A stretch of 43,394 nucleotides of DNA from a bacterium (GTDB lineage Bacteria > Eisenbacteria > RBG-16-71-46), in NCBI GenBank assembly GCA_043779265.1, contig JAYWEM010000069.1:1-43394 (forward strand), in the 5' to 3' direction. Positions 9,697 through 19,397 of this stretch are shown piece by piece (position 1 is the stretch's first letter; every line of letters begins with the position of its first letter). The translations under genes and the position numbers were made by a program. The notes beneath the pieces were generated by a model that saw nothing but the letters and a program-made list of their open reading frames with translations, did not search any database and was not told the origin of the DNA.

Positions 9697-11048
9697 ACTC
9701 CCAGGATGACCGCACGCCGACCACGCCCGAGCCCTCGGCGTCTGAGCCGACGTCCGCGAAGAACGGCTCCCAGCAGCCACCTCCCGGAGCGCATGCGATG
9801 AACGTGTTCCGTTGGGCGCTGTTCGCCTTCCTCGTGGTGCTCGCCGCGGTCAGCATCGGCAGTTACGTGATGTCCAAGCGGCCGGCAACGGTCTCGAAGG
9901 CGGCGGCGGAGAACGTGATCTACCACTGCCCCATGCATCCCACCTACACGTCCGACAAGCCGGGGCAGTGCCCGATCTGCCACATGACGCTCGAACCGAT
10001 CGCCGCTCCAGCGAGCGGCTCCGCGGCTGCTGCGAGCGATGTGGCGGGGCTGACGAGCGTGCAGATCAGCCCCGAGCGCATCCAGATGATCGGCGTCCGC
10101 ACCGCCCGCGTGGAGCGTGGCGCGAGTGGCGGATCGCTCGACCTGGTGGGCTTCGTGACGCCCGATGAGTCGCGGCTCCGCCGAGTGCAGATCCGCGCCT
10201 CGGGCTGGATACACGAGCTGTTCGTCAACGAGACCGGCGCGCGCGTGACTGCGGGCCAACCGCTGATGTCGATCTACAGCCCGGAGTTGTTCCAGAGCGA
10301 GCAGGAGTACCTGATCCAGAAGCAGGGCCCGGGCGCGAATCTCGAGGCGGCTGCCGAACGCTTGCGCCTGCTCGGGATCCCCGACGAGGAGATCCGGCGG
10401 CTCGACCGGGAGGGCAAGGCGACCACCCAGCTGACGTTGCGATCCCCTGTCACTGGAACCGTGCTTGAACGCGGCGTGGTCCAGGGGCAGTTCGTGGGCG
10501 CCGACACGCCGCTGCTCACCGTGGCCGACCTATCGCGCGTATGGGTGTTGGCCGATGTGCACGAGATGGACATGTCGCGCGTGCGAGTCGGAGATGCCGC
10601 GCGCTTCACCACCGAGGGCCTGCCGGGGCGGAGCTTCGAGGGCCGCATCGAGTTCGTGTATCCGACGATCTCGAACGAGACCCGCACGCTCAAGGCGAGG
10701 CTCGCGCTCGCCAACCGGGGCAGCGTGCTGCGCCCCGGGATCTACGGGCGGGTGAGTGTGTCGGCCCGCGGCGCGAGCGCGCTGTCGGTGCCCGCCGAGG
10801 CGGTGATCCAGACGGGCGAGCACTCGTACGTGTTCCTCGCGCACGAAGGTGGCCGCTTCGAGCCACGCATGGTGTGGACGGGCGCGAGTCATGGCGAGCG
10901 CGTGCAGATCCTGAAGGGGATCGCCGAAGGGGACACGGTCGTCGCGAGCGCGTCGTTCCTGATCGACTCCGAGAGCCGGCTGAAGGCGGCCATCGCCGGC
11001 ATGGGCGCAGCGCCCGGCGCCGGCCACGTGCACGGAGACGCCCCATGA
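9693..11048 (+). CDS. cusB: Heavy-metal RND periplasmic adaptor (CusB-like) with HMBD domain
   Basis: GAGGAG SD; one TM; YHCPMHP..CPICHM; IYSPELFQSEQEY, ADLSRVWV, ASFLIDSES motifs. Confidence 0.88.
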   Translation: MNSQDDRTPTTPEPSASEPTSAKNGSQQPPPGAHAMNVFRWALFAFLVVLAAVSIGSYVMSKRPATVSKAAAENVIYHCPMHPTYTSDKPGQCPICHMTLEPIAAPASGSAAAASDVAGLTSVQISPERIQMIGVRTARVERGASGGSLDLVGFVTPDESRLRRVQIRASGWIHELFVNETGARVTAGQPLMSIYSPELFQSEQEYLIQKQGPGANLEAAAERLRLLGIPDEEIRRLDREGKATTQLTLRSPVTGTVLERGVVQGQFVGADTPLLTVADLSRVWVLADVHEMDMSRVRVGDAARFTTEGLPGRSFEGRIEFVYPTISNETRTLKARLALANRGSVLRPGIYGRVSVSARGASALSVPAEAVIQTGEHSYVFLAHEGGRFEPRMVWTGASHGERVQILKGIAEGDTVVASASFLIDSESRLKAAIAGMGAAPGAGHVHGDAP

Positions 11049-14000
11049 TCGGGCGGCTGATCGAGTACTGCGCCACTCACCGGGCCATCGTCTTCATCTT
11101 CACGGCATTCGTCGTCGCGGGCTCGCTGTTCGCCGTGCGCAACGTGCCGCTCGATGCGATCCCGGATCTCTCGGATCCGCAGGTCATCGTGTTCACCGAG
11201 TGGATGGGGCGGAGCCCCGACCTGGTCGAGGACCAGGTCACGTACCCGATCGTCTCGGCGCTGCTCGGCGCGCCGAAAGTGGAGGCGGTGCGCGGGCAGT
11301 CGATGTTCGGCATGAGCTTCATCTACGTGATCTTCGAGGAGGGTACCGACCTCTACTGGGCCCGCAGCCGCGTGCTCGAGTACATGAGCAGCATCCGCTC
11401 GCGGCTGCCACAGGGCGTCAATCCCGTGCTGGGGCCCGACGCCACATCAGTCGGGTGGGTGTTCCAATACGCGCTCGTCGACAAGTCGGGCCAGCACGAC
11501 CTGTCCCAGCTGCGCACGTTCCAGGACTTCAATCTCCGCTACCAGCTGGCGAGCGTGCCCGGCGTGGCCGAGGTGGCCTCGGTCGGCGGTTACCAGAAGC
11601 AGTACCAGGTCGAGATCGACCCGCAGAAGCTGCATGCCTACGGCCTCGCGCTCTCCGACGTGACGAGCGCCATCCGGCGGAGCAACTCCGAGGTCGGCGG
11701 CCGCGTGATCGAGATGTCGGGCCGGGAGTACTTCGTGCGCGGCCGCGGCTACATCGAGAACCTCGAGGACCTGCGTCAGGTCGCACTCGGCGTCGATCGC
11801 CGCACGGGCACGCCCATCCGCGTCGGCGACGTGGGACGGGCCGCGTTCGGCCCCGACATCCGCCGCGGCGTCTCGGAGCTGGACGGTGAGGGCGAGGCGG
11901 TGGGCGGCACCATCGTGATGCGCTACGGCGAGAACGCGCTGCACGTGATCGAGCGAGTGAAGCAACGCATCGCCGAGCTGCGGCCCACATTCCCGCCCGG
12001 CGTCGAGCTGAAGGTGGTCTACGACCGCTCGGACCTGATCCACCGCGCCATCGAGACGCTGCGCCACACGCTGATCGAGGAAGCGGTGGTGGTGAGCCTG
12101 ATCATCCTGATCTTCCTGCTGCACGTGCGCAGTGCGCTCGTGCCTGTGTTGTCGCTGCCGGTGGCGGTGGGGCTGGCCTTCGTGCCGATGTACTTCTTCG
12201 GCATCAACTCCAACATCATGAGCCTGGGCGGTATCGCGATCGCCATCGGTGCCATGGTGGATGCCGCGATCGTGCTGGTGGAGAACGCGCACAAACACCT
12301 GGAGAGCGCCCCCGAGGGAGCGGATCGCACGCGGGTGCTGATCGACGCGGCCAAGGAGGTGGGGCCCCCGATCTTCTTCTCGCTGCTGATCATCACCGTG
12401 GCGTTCCTGCCGATCTTCGGTCTCAACGGTCAGGCGGGACGACTGTTCAAGCCGCTCGCGTTCACCAAGACCTTCGCCATGGGATTCGCTGCCCTCGTCT
12501 CGGTCACGCTCGCACCCGCACTCATGGTGCTGTTCATCCGCGGACGCATCCGCCACGAGAAGGACCATCCCATCTCACGCGTGCTGATCGCGATCTACCG
12601 GCCCTTCGCATGGGTCGCGCTCATGAATCCGAAGACCACGATCGCGATCGGCCTCGCCGCCGTGCTCGCCACCGTCCCGATGGCGATGCGGCTCGGCAAC
12701 GAGTTCATGCCGCCGCTCAACGAGGGCGATGTGCTCTACATGCCGACCACCTTCCCCAACATCTCGATCGAGGAGGCCAAGCGCTATCTTCAGGTCCAGG
12801 ACCGGCTGATCCGCTCGGTGCCCGAGGTGGCGTCGGTGTTCGGCAAGGCGGGCCGCTCGGAGTCGCCCACCGATCCCGCGCCGCTCTCGATGGTGGAGAC
12901 CGTGGTGCGGCTGAAGCCGAAGGAGGAGTGGCGCACGATCGAGGACCGGCGCTGGTACTCCGGCTGGGCCCCGGGCTGGCTCAAGCCGGTGTTCCGGCCG
13001 TTCTGGCCCGATCGTCACCGGCTCACCTGGAAGGAGCTGACGGCGGAGCTCGACGAGAAGGTGAAGATGCCCGGGTGGACGAACGCGTGGACCATGCCCA
13101 TCAAGACGCGCATCGACATGCTCTCGACCGGCATCCGCACGCCGATCGGCGTCAAGGTGTTCGGCGCCAGCCTCGACACGGTGGAGCGCATCGGCATGGA
13201 CCTCGAGCGCGTGATCACCACGGTGCCCAATACGCGCAGTGTGTACTCCGATCGCAGCACCGGGGGTTCGTACATCGACATCATCCCGGATCGCCGGGCG
13301 CTCGCGCGCCATGGTCTGACCGTGGGCGATCTGCAGGACGTGATCGAGGCCGCGGTCGGCGGGCAGCCGATCGGCGAGACCGTCGAGGGCCGCAACCGAT
13401 TCACCATCAGCGTGCGCTACCCGCGCGAGCTGCGGCAGGACCTGGACCAGCTGCGGCGCGTGCTGGTGCCGCTTCGTCGCTCGGGGCCCGCCACGGGCAT
13501 GGGCGGCGGCATGAGCGCGAACCCGGGCGGAGCGCCGCCGATGCTGGCGTCCGCAGGACTCTCGGATGCGGGCGGCGATCCACTGGCCGTGGCCATGGGC
13601 AGCTCGACGGGCGGCAGCACTCGCCAGGATCCATCGATGCCCTCGGCTGGTTCGGGTGAGGGCATGGGCAGCGCGGGCGGCATGAGTGGGGGAGGCATGC
13701 GCGGCGGCGGCCAGGGCAACACGCTTCCGCCTGGACCCGGCGCCTCGGCATCCACACCGTTCTGGCCCGAGCCGGGCACCGCGCACGTGCCGCTCGGCCA
13801 GTTGGCCGAAGTGCGAGTGGCCTCGGGCCCGCCCATGATCCGCGACGAGAACGGCATGCTCGCCGGCTACGTGTACGTGGACATGGACCCGGCCAAGGTG
13901 GACATCGGCTCGTACGTGGATCAGGCGAAGCGGGCGGTGGACGCGCAGGTGCGGATGCCATCGGGATACTCGCTCAAGTGGACCGGGCAGTACGAGTTGC

Positions 14001-14566
14001 TCCAGCAGATGCAGTCGCGAATGCGGTTCCTCGTGCCGCTCACGCTGGTGATCGTGCTGCTGCTGCTCTACATGACCTTCGGCAGCCTGAGCCAGGCGCT
14101 CATCGTGCTCGCGTCGGTTCCGTTCGCGCTGGTCGGCAGCGTGTGGTTGCTGGCGATCCTGCAGTACAACCTCTCGACCGCGGTCTGGGTGGGGATCATC
14201 GCGCTCGTCGGCTTGGCGGCCCAGACGGGCGTGGTCATGGTGATCTACTGCGACAGCGCCTACCACAAGTTCAAGGCAGCGGGTCGCATCCGCGATCTGA
14301 ACGACATCATCGAAGCCACGCTCGAGGGTTCCGTGCAGCGCGTGCGCCCCAAGATCATGACCGTGGCGACGACCATGATCGGCCTGCTGCCCCTGCTGTG
14401 GTCGCAGGGCGCCGGTGCGGATGTCATGAAGCGCGTGGCGGCGCCCATGGTGGGCGGGCTCTTCACCTCGGCGTTCCTGACGCTGGAGATCATCCCGGTG
14501 GTCTACGCCTACTGGCGATTCTCGCAGTTGCGGCGTGAGCAGAGGGAGCGGTTGAAGGCGGCGTGA
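11045..14566 (+). CDS. cusA: CusA/CzcA-family heavy-metal RND permease
   Basis: DAIPDLSDPQVI, VEDQVTYP, YWARSRVLEY, MSLGGIAIAIGAMVD, EFMPPLNEGDVLYMP, PAPLSMVET, RIDMLSTG, RVRPKIMT motifs. Confidence 0.95.
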   Translation: MIGRLIEYCATHRAIVFIFTAFVVAGSLFAVRNVPLDAIPDLSDPQVIVFTEWMGRSPDLVEDQVTYPIVSALLGAPKVEAVRGQSMFGMSFIYVIFEEGTDLYWARSRVLEYMSSIRSRLPQGVNPVLGPDATSVGWVFQYALVDKSGQHDLSQLRTFQDFNLRYQLASVPGVAEVASVGGYQKQYQVEIDPQKLHAYGLALSDVTSAIRRSNSEVGGRVIEMSGREYFVRGRGYIENLEDLRQVALGVDRRTGTPIRVGDVGRAAFGPDIRRGVSELDGEGEAVGGTIVMRYGENALHVIERVKQRIAELRPTFPPGVELKVVYDRSDLIHRAIETLRHTLIEEAVVVSLIILIFLLHVRSALVPVLSLPVAVGLAFVPMYFFGINSNIMSLGGIAIAIGAMVDAAIVLVENAHKHLESAPEGADRTRVLIDAAKEVGPPIFFSLLIITVAFLPIFGLNGQAGRLFKPLAFTKTFAMGFAALVSVTLAPALMVLFIRGRIRHEKDHPISRVLIAIYRPFAWVALMNPKTTIAIGLAAVLATVPMAMRLGNEFMPPLNEGDVLYMPTTFPNISIEEAKRYLQVQDRLIRSVPEVASVFGKAGRSESPTDPAPLSMVETVVRLKPKEEWRTIEDRRWYSGWAPGWLKPVFRPFWPDRHRLTWKELTAELDEKVKMPGWTNAWTMPIKTRIDMLSTGIRTPIGVKVFGASLDTVERIGMDLERVITTVPNTRSVYSDRSTGGSYIDIIPDRRALARHGLTVGDLQDVIEAAVGGQPIGETVEGRNRFTISVRYPRELRQDLDQLRRVLVPLRRSGPATGMGGGMSANPGGAPPMLASAGLSDAGGDPLAVAMGSSTGGSTRQDPSMPSAGSGEGMGSAGGMSGGGMRGGGQGNTLPPGPGASASTPFWPEPGTAHVPLGQLAEVRVASGPPMIRDENGMLAGYVYVDMDPAKVDIGSYVDQAKRAVDAQVRMPSGYSLKWTGQYELLQQMQSRMRFLVPLTLVIVLLLLYMTFGSLSQALIVLASVPFALVGSVWLLAILQYNLSTAVWVGIIALVGLAAQTGVVMVIYCDSAYHKFKAAGRIRDLNDIIEATLEGSVQRVRPKIMTVATTMIGLLPLLWSQGAGADVMKRVAAPMVGGLFTSAFLTLEIIPVVYAYWRFSQLRREQRERLKAA

Positions 14567-14606
14567 GCGGCGGCAAGGGGCCGAGGAAGGGCCCTGAAAT
14601 CAGTCC

Positions 14607-14636
14607 TTGCCCATCTACTGCACACCTGTGTAGTAT
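14607..14636 (+). promoter_or_regulatory. Putative recA sigma70 promoter with overlapping palindromic operator (candidate SOS box)
   Basis: TTGCCC 14607-14612, 18-bp spacer, TAGTAT 14631-14636; inverted repeat TACTGCACA-CC-TGTGTAGTA 14616-14635 (8/9 matched). Confidence 0.6.
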
Positions 14637-14713
14637 GCGGCCCAGAAGGCAAGGCGACCGCGCCCGCCGCGGCCCCCACGAGATCACGACGCCCCTGCGA
14701 AGGAGACGCAGTC

Positions 14714-15832
14714 ATGAGCTACTCCCAGCCTAACGCCAGCACGCCCAAGGAACGGACGAAGGCGCTGGACCTCGCCCTGCAGCAGATCGAGAAGCAGTTC
14801 GGCAAGGGCTCCATCATGAAACTGGGCGATGAGGGCCGGCCCACCGAGTTCGACATCATCCCGACCGGCTCGGTCGGGCTCGACATGGCCCTCGGCGTCG
14901 GCGGCGTGCCGCGCGGCCGCATCGTCGAGATCTACGGACCGGAGTCCTCCGGCAAGACGACGCTCGCGCTCACCATCATCGCCAATGCCCAGAAGCTGGG
15001 CGGCGCCGCGGTGTTCATCGACGCCGAGCACGCGCTCGATGCCACCTACGCCCAGAAGCTCGGCGTCGACATCGCCAATCTGCACGTCGCCCAGCCGGAC
15101 ACGGGCGAAGAGGCGCTCGAGATCTGCGACACGCTCGTGCGCTCGGGTGCGGTCGACATCGTGGTCATCGACTCCGTCGCGGCCCTCGTGCCGCGCGCCG
15201 AGATCGAGGGCGAGATGGGTGATTCGCACGTCGGTCTGCAGGCGCGCCTCATGTCACAGGCGCTCCGCAAGCTCACGGGCTCGATCAACAAGAGCAACAC
15301 CTGCGTGATCTTCATCAACCAGATCCGCATGCAGATCGGCGTCATGTTCGGCAATCCCGAGACCACCGCCGGTGGCCGTGCGCTCAAGTTCTACGCCTCG
15401 GTGCGCATGGACATCCGCCGCATCCAGACCCTCAAGGAGGGCGACACGGCGGTCGGCAATCGCACCAAGGTGAAGGTGGTCAAGAACAAGGTCGCCGCTC
15501 CGTTCCGCGAGGCCGAGTTCGACATCATCTACAACCAGGGCATCTCACGTGAGGGCGAACTGCTCGACTTCGGCGTCGAGAAGAACGTTGTCACCAAGGC
15601 CGGCACCTGGTTCAGCTTCGGCGAGGAGCGGTTGGGACAGGGGCGCGAGAACAGCCGCATGTTCCTCCGCGAGCACACCGACGTCCGCCAGAAGGTCGAG
15701 GCCAAGCTGTTCCCGCTCCTCGGCCTCAAGGTCCCGGGAGCCCCGGCCACGCCGAGCACCAACGGCGCGGCGAGCGAGAGCGCCAAGATCGCGGTGGCGG
15801 CGGGCGCCTCGGCGGCGGAACGGCGGCGGTAG
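14714..15832 (+). CDS. recA: Recombinase RecA
   Basis: [56 protein letters not shown] motifs; AGGAG SD. Confidence 0.99.
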   Translation: MSYSQPNASTPKERTKALDLALQQIEKQFGKGSIMKLGDEGRPTEFDIIPTGSVGLDMALGVGGVPRGRIVEIYGPESSGKTTLALTIIANAQKLGGAAVFIDAEHALDATYAQKLGVDIANLHVAQPDTGEEALEICDTLVRSGAVDIVVIDSVAALVPRAEIEGEMGDSHVGLQARLMSQALRKLTGSINKSNTCVIFINQIRMQIGVMFGNPETTAGGRALKFYASVRMDIRRIQTLKEGDTAVGNRTKVKVVKNKVAAPFREAEFDIIYNQGISREGELLDFGVEKNVVTKAGTWFSFGEERLGQGRENSRMFLREHTDVRQKVEAKLFPLLGLKVPGAPATPSTNGAASESAKIAVAAGASAAERRR

Positions 15833-15867
15833 AGGTTCGAGTGCACATCACACGCTTCACTTGCGCA

Positions 15868-15897
15868 GAGGGCGCGCCCCGAACCGGGCGCGCCCTC
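15868..15897 (+). terminator. GC-rich hairpin between recA and recX (attenuator or RNA stabiliser; no U-tract)
   Basis: Perfect 12-bp stem GAGGGCGCGCCC / GGGCGCGCCCTC with 6-nt loop. Confidence 0.55.
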
Positions 15898-15919
15898 GCG
15901 CGCGTTCGGAGGAGACCGC

Positions 15920-16444
15920 ATGGCCTGGGGTAAGCGCGTGCGTCCCGCCGAGGGCGAGGCCAACGACGATCCCGTCGCCACGCGCGAAGCGGCGCTCAAG
16001 CTGCTCGATCGCACCCGTCGCACGCGCAGCGATCTCACGCAGCGCCTGCGCGACAAGGGTTTCGCCGCCTCGGCGATCGAACCGGTGCTCGATCGGCTCA
16101 CCGAAGTCGGGCTCGTCGATGACACCGAGTACGCACGCGCCTATCTCGCTGGCCGCTGGGGCCGACGCCCGGCCGGGCTCCGTCGATTGCAGCAGGAGCT
16201 GCGCGGCAAGGGTGTTGGCGACGAGGCGGTCGAGGCGGCGCGGCAGACGCTCGAGCAGATGGGACAGGCGGGCGACGACCGTGCCGCCGCCTCCAAGTTG
16301 GTGGCGCAGGCCGCGCGGCGATACGCCTCGCTCGAGCCGAGGGTCCGCCAGCAGCGCCTCTACGCGCTCCTCATGAGGCGCGGGTTCGACCGCGACACCA
16401 TCCAGGCGGCGTTGGCGCTGCAGGAGGCGGAAGCGGGGGAGTGA
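15920..16444 (+). CDS. recX: Regulatory protein RecX
   Basis: AALKLLDRTRRT..L..RL..KGF, GLVDDTEYA, LQQELRGKGV, LMRRGF; directly follows recA. Confidence 0.9.
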   Translation: MAWGKRVRPAEGEANDDPVATREAALKLLDRTRRTRSDLTQRLRDKGFAASAIEPVLDRLTEVGLVDDTEYARAYLAGRWGRRPAGLRRLQQELRGKGVGDEAVEAARQTLEQMGQAGDDRAAASKLVAQAARRYASLEPRVRQQRLYALLMRRGFDRDTIQAALALQEAEAGE

Positions 16445-16597
16445 GCGAGGGCCACTGACACGCATGCGCGCGAGAAGCCTCTCGCTTAGTGCGCCCGCTC
16501 GCCGAAGCGGCTACATTGCCCCGGAACCCGACGCGAAACGCGGCTCGTGGACGCCCTCGCGTGCGCTCGGGCCCGACCCTTGCCAGCCGGAGAGCGG

Positions 16598-19318
16598 ATG
16601 TCGTCCCCGACCACACTTCGCACAGGCGCCGAGCTTCGCCGCGCCTTCCTCGACTTCTTCGTGCAGCGCGGCCATGCCGAGGTGCCGTCCTCGCCCTTGG
16701 TGCCGCACGGCGATCCCACGCTCATGTTCACGACCGCCGGCATGGTGCAGTTCAAGCCCTATTACTCGGCGACGGGCGACGTGCCTTACACGCGCGCCGC
16801 GTCGGTGCAGAAGTGCCTGCGCCTGACCGATCTCGACAACGTCGGCCTGACGCCACGGCACGACACGTTCTTCGAGATGCTGGGCAACTTCTCGTTCGGG
16901 AGCAGGCCCAAGGGCGCTTACTTCAAAGAAGAGGCGACCGAGATGGCGTGGACGTTCGTGACCAGGACCCTCGGACTGCCGCGCGAGCGGGTCTACATCA
17001 GCATCTTCGAGGGTGAGGGCGCGCTGCCGCGTGACGACGAGGCGGCCGAGCTCTGGAAGAAGCTGGGCGTCGCGCCGGATCACATCGTGGCACTCGGCCG
17101 GAAGGACAACTTCTGGGGGCCGGCGGGCGGCGCGGGCGCTTGTGGGCCGTGCAGCGAGCTGTACTTCGACCTCGGCGAGAAGCGTCCCGATTATCTACCA
17201 GATGGCGTGTTCTGGGGTGAGAGCCCGGGCGATCCGGGTGATCGGTTCATGGAGTTCTGGAACCTGGTCTTCCCGCAGTTCGACGCCCAACCGGGTGGCT
17301 CCCTCGAGCCGCTGCCGAACCCGGGCATCGACACCGGCATGGGCATCGAGCGCCTCGCGCTGATCATGCAGGGCAAGAACACCATCTTCGAGACCGATCT
17401 GTTCGCGCCCCTGGTCGACTCGGTGCTCGGCCGCGCGCGCCTGACCGACGCCAATCGCAAGGTGGCGACACGCGACGCGCGCATCATCGCCGATCACGTG
17501 CGCGCACTGGCGTTCGCGATCGCCGAGGGAGCATTGCCCGGCAATGAGGGCGCGGGCTACGTGCTGCGCCGCTTGCTCCGACGCGCCGTCACGCGCGGCC
17601 GCTCCACTCAGGGCCTCGCGCTCACCGACGCCTTCCTGGCGGATGCCGCCTCGCGCGCGATCGCGATCTTCGGGGGTCACTATCGCGAGCTCGATCAGCA
17701 GCGAGAGCGTGTCCTGCGCGTGCTCGAGCAGGAGGAGTCGGGCTTCGCTCAGACCTACGAGGCCGGCATGACGCGGCTCGAGGAGCTGCTTGCCAAGAGC
17801 GGCAAGGGCATCGCGGGCGAGGACGCGTTCGCGCTGCATGACACGTTCGGATTCCCGATCGAGCTCACCGAGGAGATCGCCGCCTCGCGCGATCGCGAGG
17901 TGGACCGCGACGGATTCGAGAAGGCGATGGACGCGCAGCGTGAGCGCGCGCGCGCCGCGAGCAAGTTCGGCAAGGATGCCTCGGGCGAGCGGCTGCCGTG
18001 GACGGTCGTGCAGACCGGCAAGGACTCGGAGTTCATCGGCTACACGCAAGCCTCGGCCGACGGCCTGCGCGTGATGCGCTGGCGCGCACGCGGCGAGGAG
18101 TCCGAACTCGTGCTCGATCGCACGCCGTGCTACGCCGAGTCGGGCGGGCAGGTCTCCGATCGCGGCATGCTCATCACCTCGGAGGTGCGCGCCGAGCTGA
18201 CGGCCGTGTTCCGCGAGGACGATGCCATCGTCCATCGCGTGCGTTTCGTGAGTGGCGACCGGGCGGCCTTGCTGGCGGGCGCCAAGACGGCCACGCTGAG
18301 CGCCATCGTCGATCCAACTCATCGCACGCCGACCGCGAGGCACCATACGGCGACGCACCTGCTGCACGCGGCGCTTCGCAAGGTGCTGGGCGAGCATGTG
18401 CATCAGGCGGGCTCGCTGGTCTCGCCCGAGCGGTTGCGCTTCGACTACAGCCACTTCGAGTCGCCGCACCGAGACCAGCTCGACGCCATCGCCGAGCGCG
18501 TCAACACGTGGGTACTGGCGGATCGCGACGTGAGCACGGCGACGCTGTCGATCGAGGCGGCCAAGGCACAGGGCGCGATGGCGCTGTTCGGCGAGAAGTA
18601 CGGCGCCGAGGTGCGCATGGTGACCGTGGACGGGGTGGACGACGCGCACATCGAGCCGAGCCGTGAGCTGTGCGGCGGCACGCACGTGCGACGAACCGGT
18701 GAGATCGGCGCGTTCACGCTGGTCTCCGAGGCGAGCATCGCCAGCGGCGTGCGCCGGATCGAGGCGCTGTGCGGCCGCGAAGCGCTCGCGCATCTCGAGC
18801 GGCAGCAGGCCGTGCTGCACGAGGCGGCGCAGGCGCTGCAGAGCCCGCCCGAAGCCGTGCCGGCCCAGATCGACAAGCTCAAGGCCGATCTGGCGAAGCT
18901 GCGCAAGTCGATCGCCGAGAGCGCCAAGCAGGGGCTCGAGGGCGAGTTCACGCAGTTGGCGCAGCAGGCGACCGTGGGGTCCAAGGGCAAGTGGCTGGTC
19001 GCCGAGTTGGCGAGCGGCGCCGATGCCAATGCGGCTCGCGAGGCGGCCGACAAGCTGCGCGGGACGCTCGGGACCGGTGCGGCCGTGCTCGCGATCGCCG
19101 GAGATGGCAAGCTGACGTTCCTGGCGGCGGTCACGGATGATCTCGTGGCCTCCAAGACGCTGCGCGCCGACGAACTCGTGCGAGCGGTGGCCAAGGTCAC
19201 CGGTGGCTCCGGGGGCGGCAAGCCGCACCTGGCCCTGGCTGGTGGCAAAGATCTCTCGAAGCTCTCGGACGCGCTCGCCGAGGCGCGGCGTCTGCTCACG
19301 GACGCGCTCGGCGCTTGA
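16598..19318 (+). CDS. alaS: Alanine--tRNA ligase
   Basis: TAGMVQFKP, FFEMLGNFSFG, CGPCSE, IDTGMG, YAESGGQ, HTATHLLH, LFGEKYG, ELCGGTH, GGGKP motifs. Confidence 0.99.
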   Translation: MSSPTTLRTGAELRRAFLDFFVQRGHAEVPSSPLVPHGDPTLMFTTAGMVQFKPYYSATGDVPYTRAASVQKCLRLTDLDNVGLTPRHDTFFEMLGNFSFGSRPKGAYFKEEATEMAWTFVTRTLGLPRERVYISIFEGEGALPRDDEAAELWKKLGVAPDHIVALGRKDNFWGPAGGAGACGPCSELYFDLGEKRPDYLPDGVFWGESPGDPGDRFMEFWNLVFPQFDAQPGGSLEPLPNPGIDTGMGIERLALIMQGKNTIFETDLFAPLVDSVLGRARLTDANRKVATRDARIIADHVRALAFAIAEGALPGNEGAGYVLRRLLRRAVTRGRSTQGLALTDAFLADAASRAIAIFGGHYRELDQQRERVLRVLEQEESGFAQTYEAGMTRLEELLAKSGKGIAGEDAFALHDTFGFPIELTEEIAASRDREVDRDGFEKAMDAQRERARAASKFGKDASGERLPWTVVQTGKDSEFIGYTQASADGLRVMRWRARGEESELVLDRTPCYAESGGQVSDRGMLITSEVRAELTAVFREDDAIVHRVRFVSGDRAALLAGAKTATLSAIVDPTHRTPTARHHTATHLLHAALRKVLGEHVHQAGSLVSPERLRFDYSHFESPHRDQLDAIAERVNTWVLADRDVSTATLSIEAAKAQGAMALFGEKYGAEVRMVTVDGVDDAHIEPSRELCGGTHVRRTGEIGAFTLVSEASIASGVRRIEALCGREALAHLERQQAVLHEAAQALQSPPEAVPAQIDKLKADLAKLRKSIAESAKQGLEGEFTQLAQQATVGSKGKWLVAELASGADANAAREAADKLRGTLGTGAAVLAIAGDGKLTFLAAVTDDLVASKTLRADELVRAVAKVTGGSGGGKPHLALAGGKDLSKLSDALAEARRLLTDALGA

Positions 19319-19397
19319 ACAGGGAAGCCTTCCCGAGCGCCGCGTTGCGTGCGGCGGACTCGAGAAGCGGTTCGTTCTTCCGACGACGGAGGATGTG

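Noticed and set aside
3577..14575. Target-site duplication flanking the copper cluster (TGAGTGGGCGGC vs TGAGCGGCGGC)
   Set aside because: Imperfect, short, and built from stop codons plus GC-rich sequence, so likely chance.
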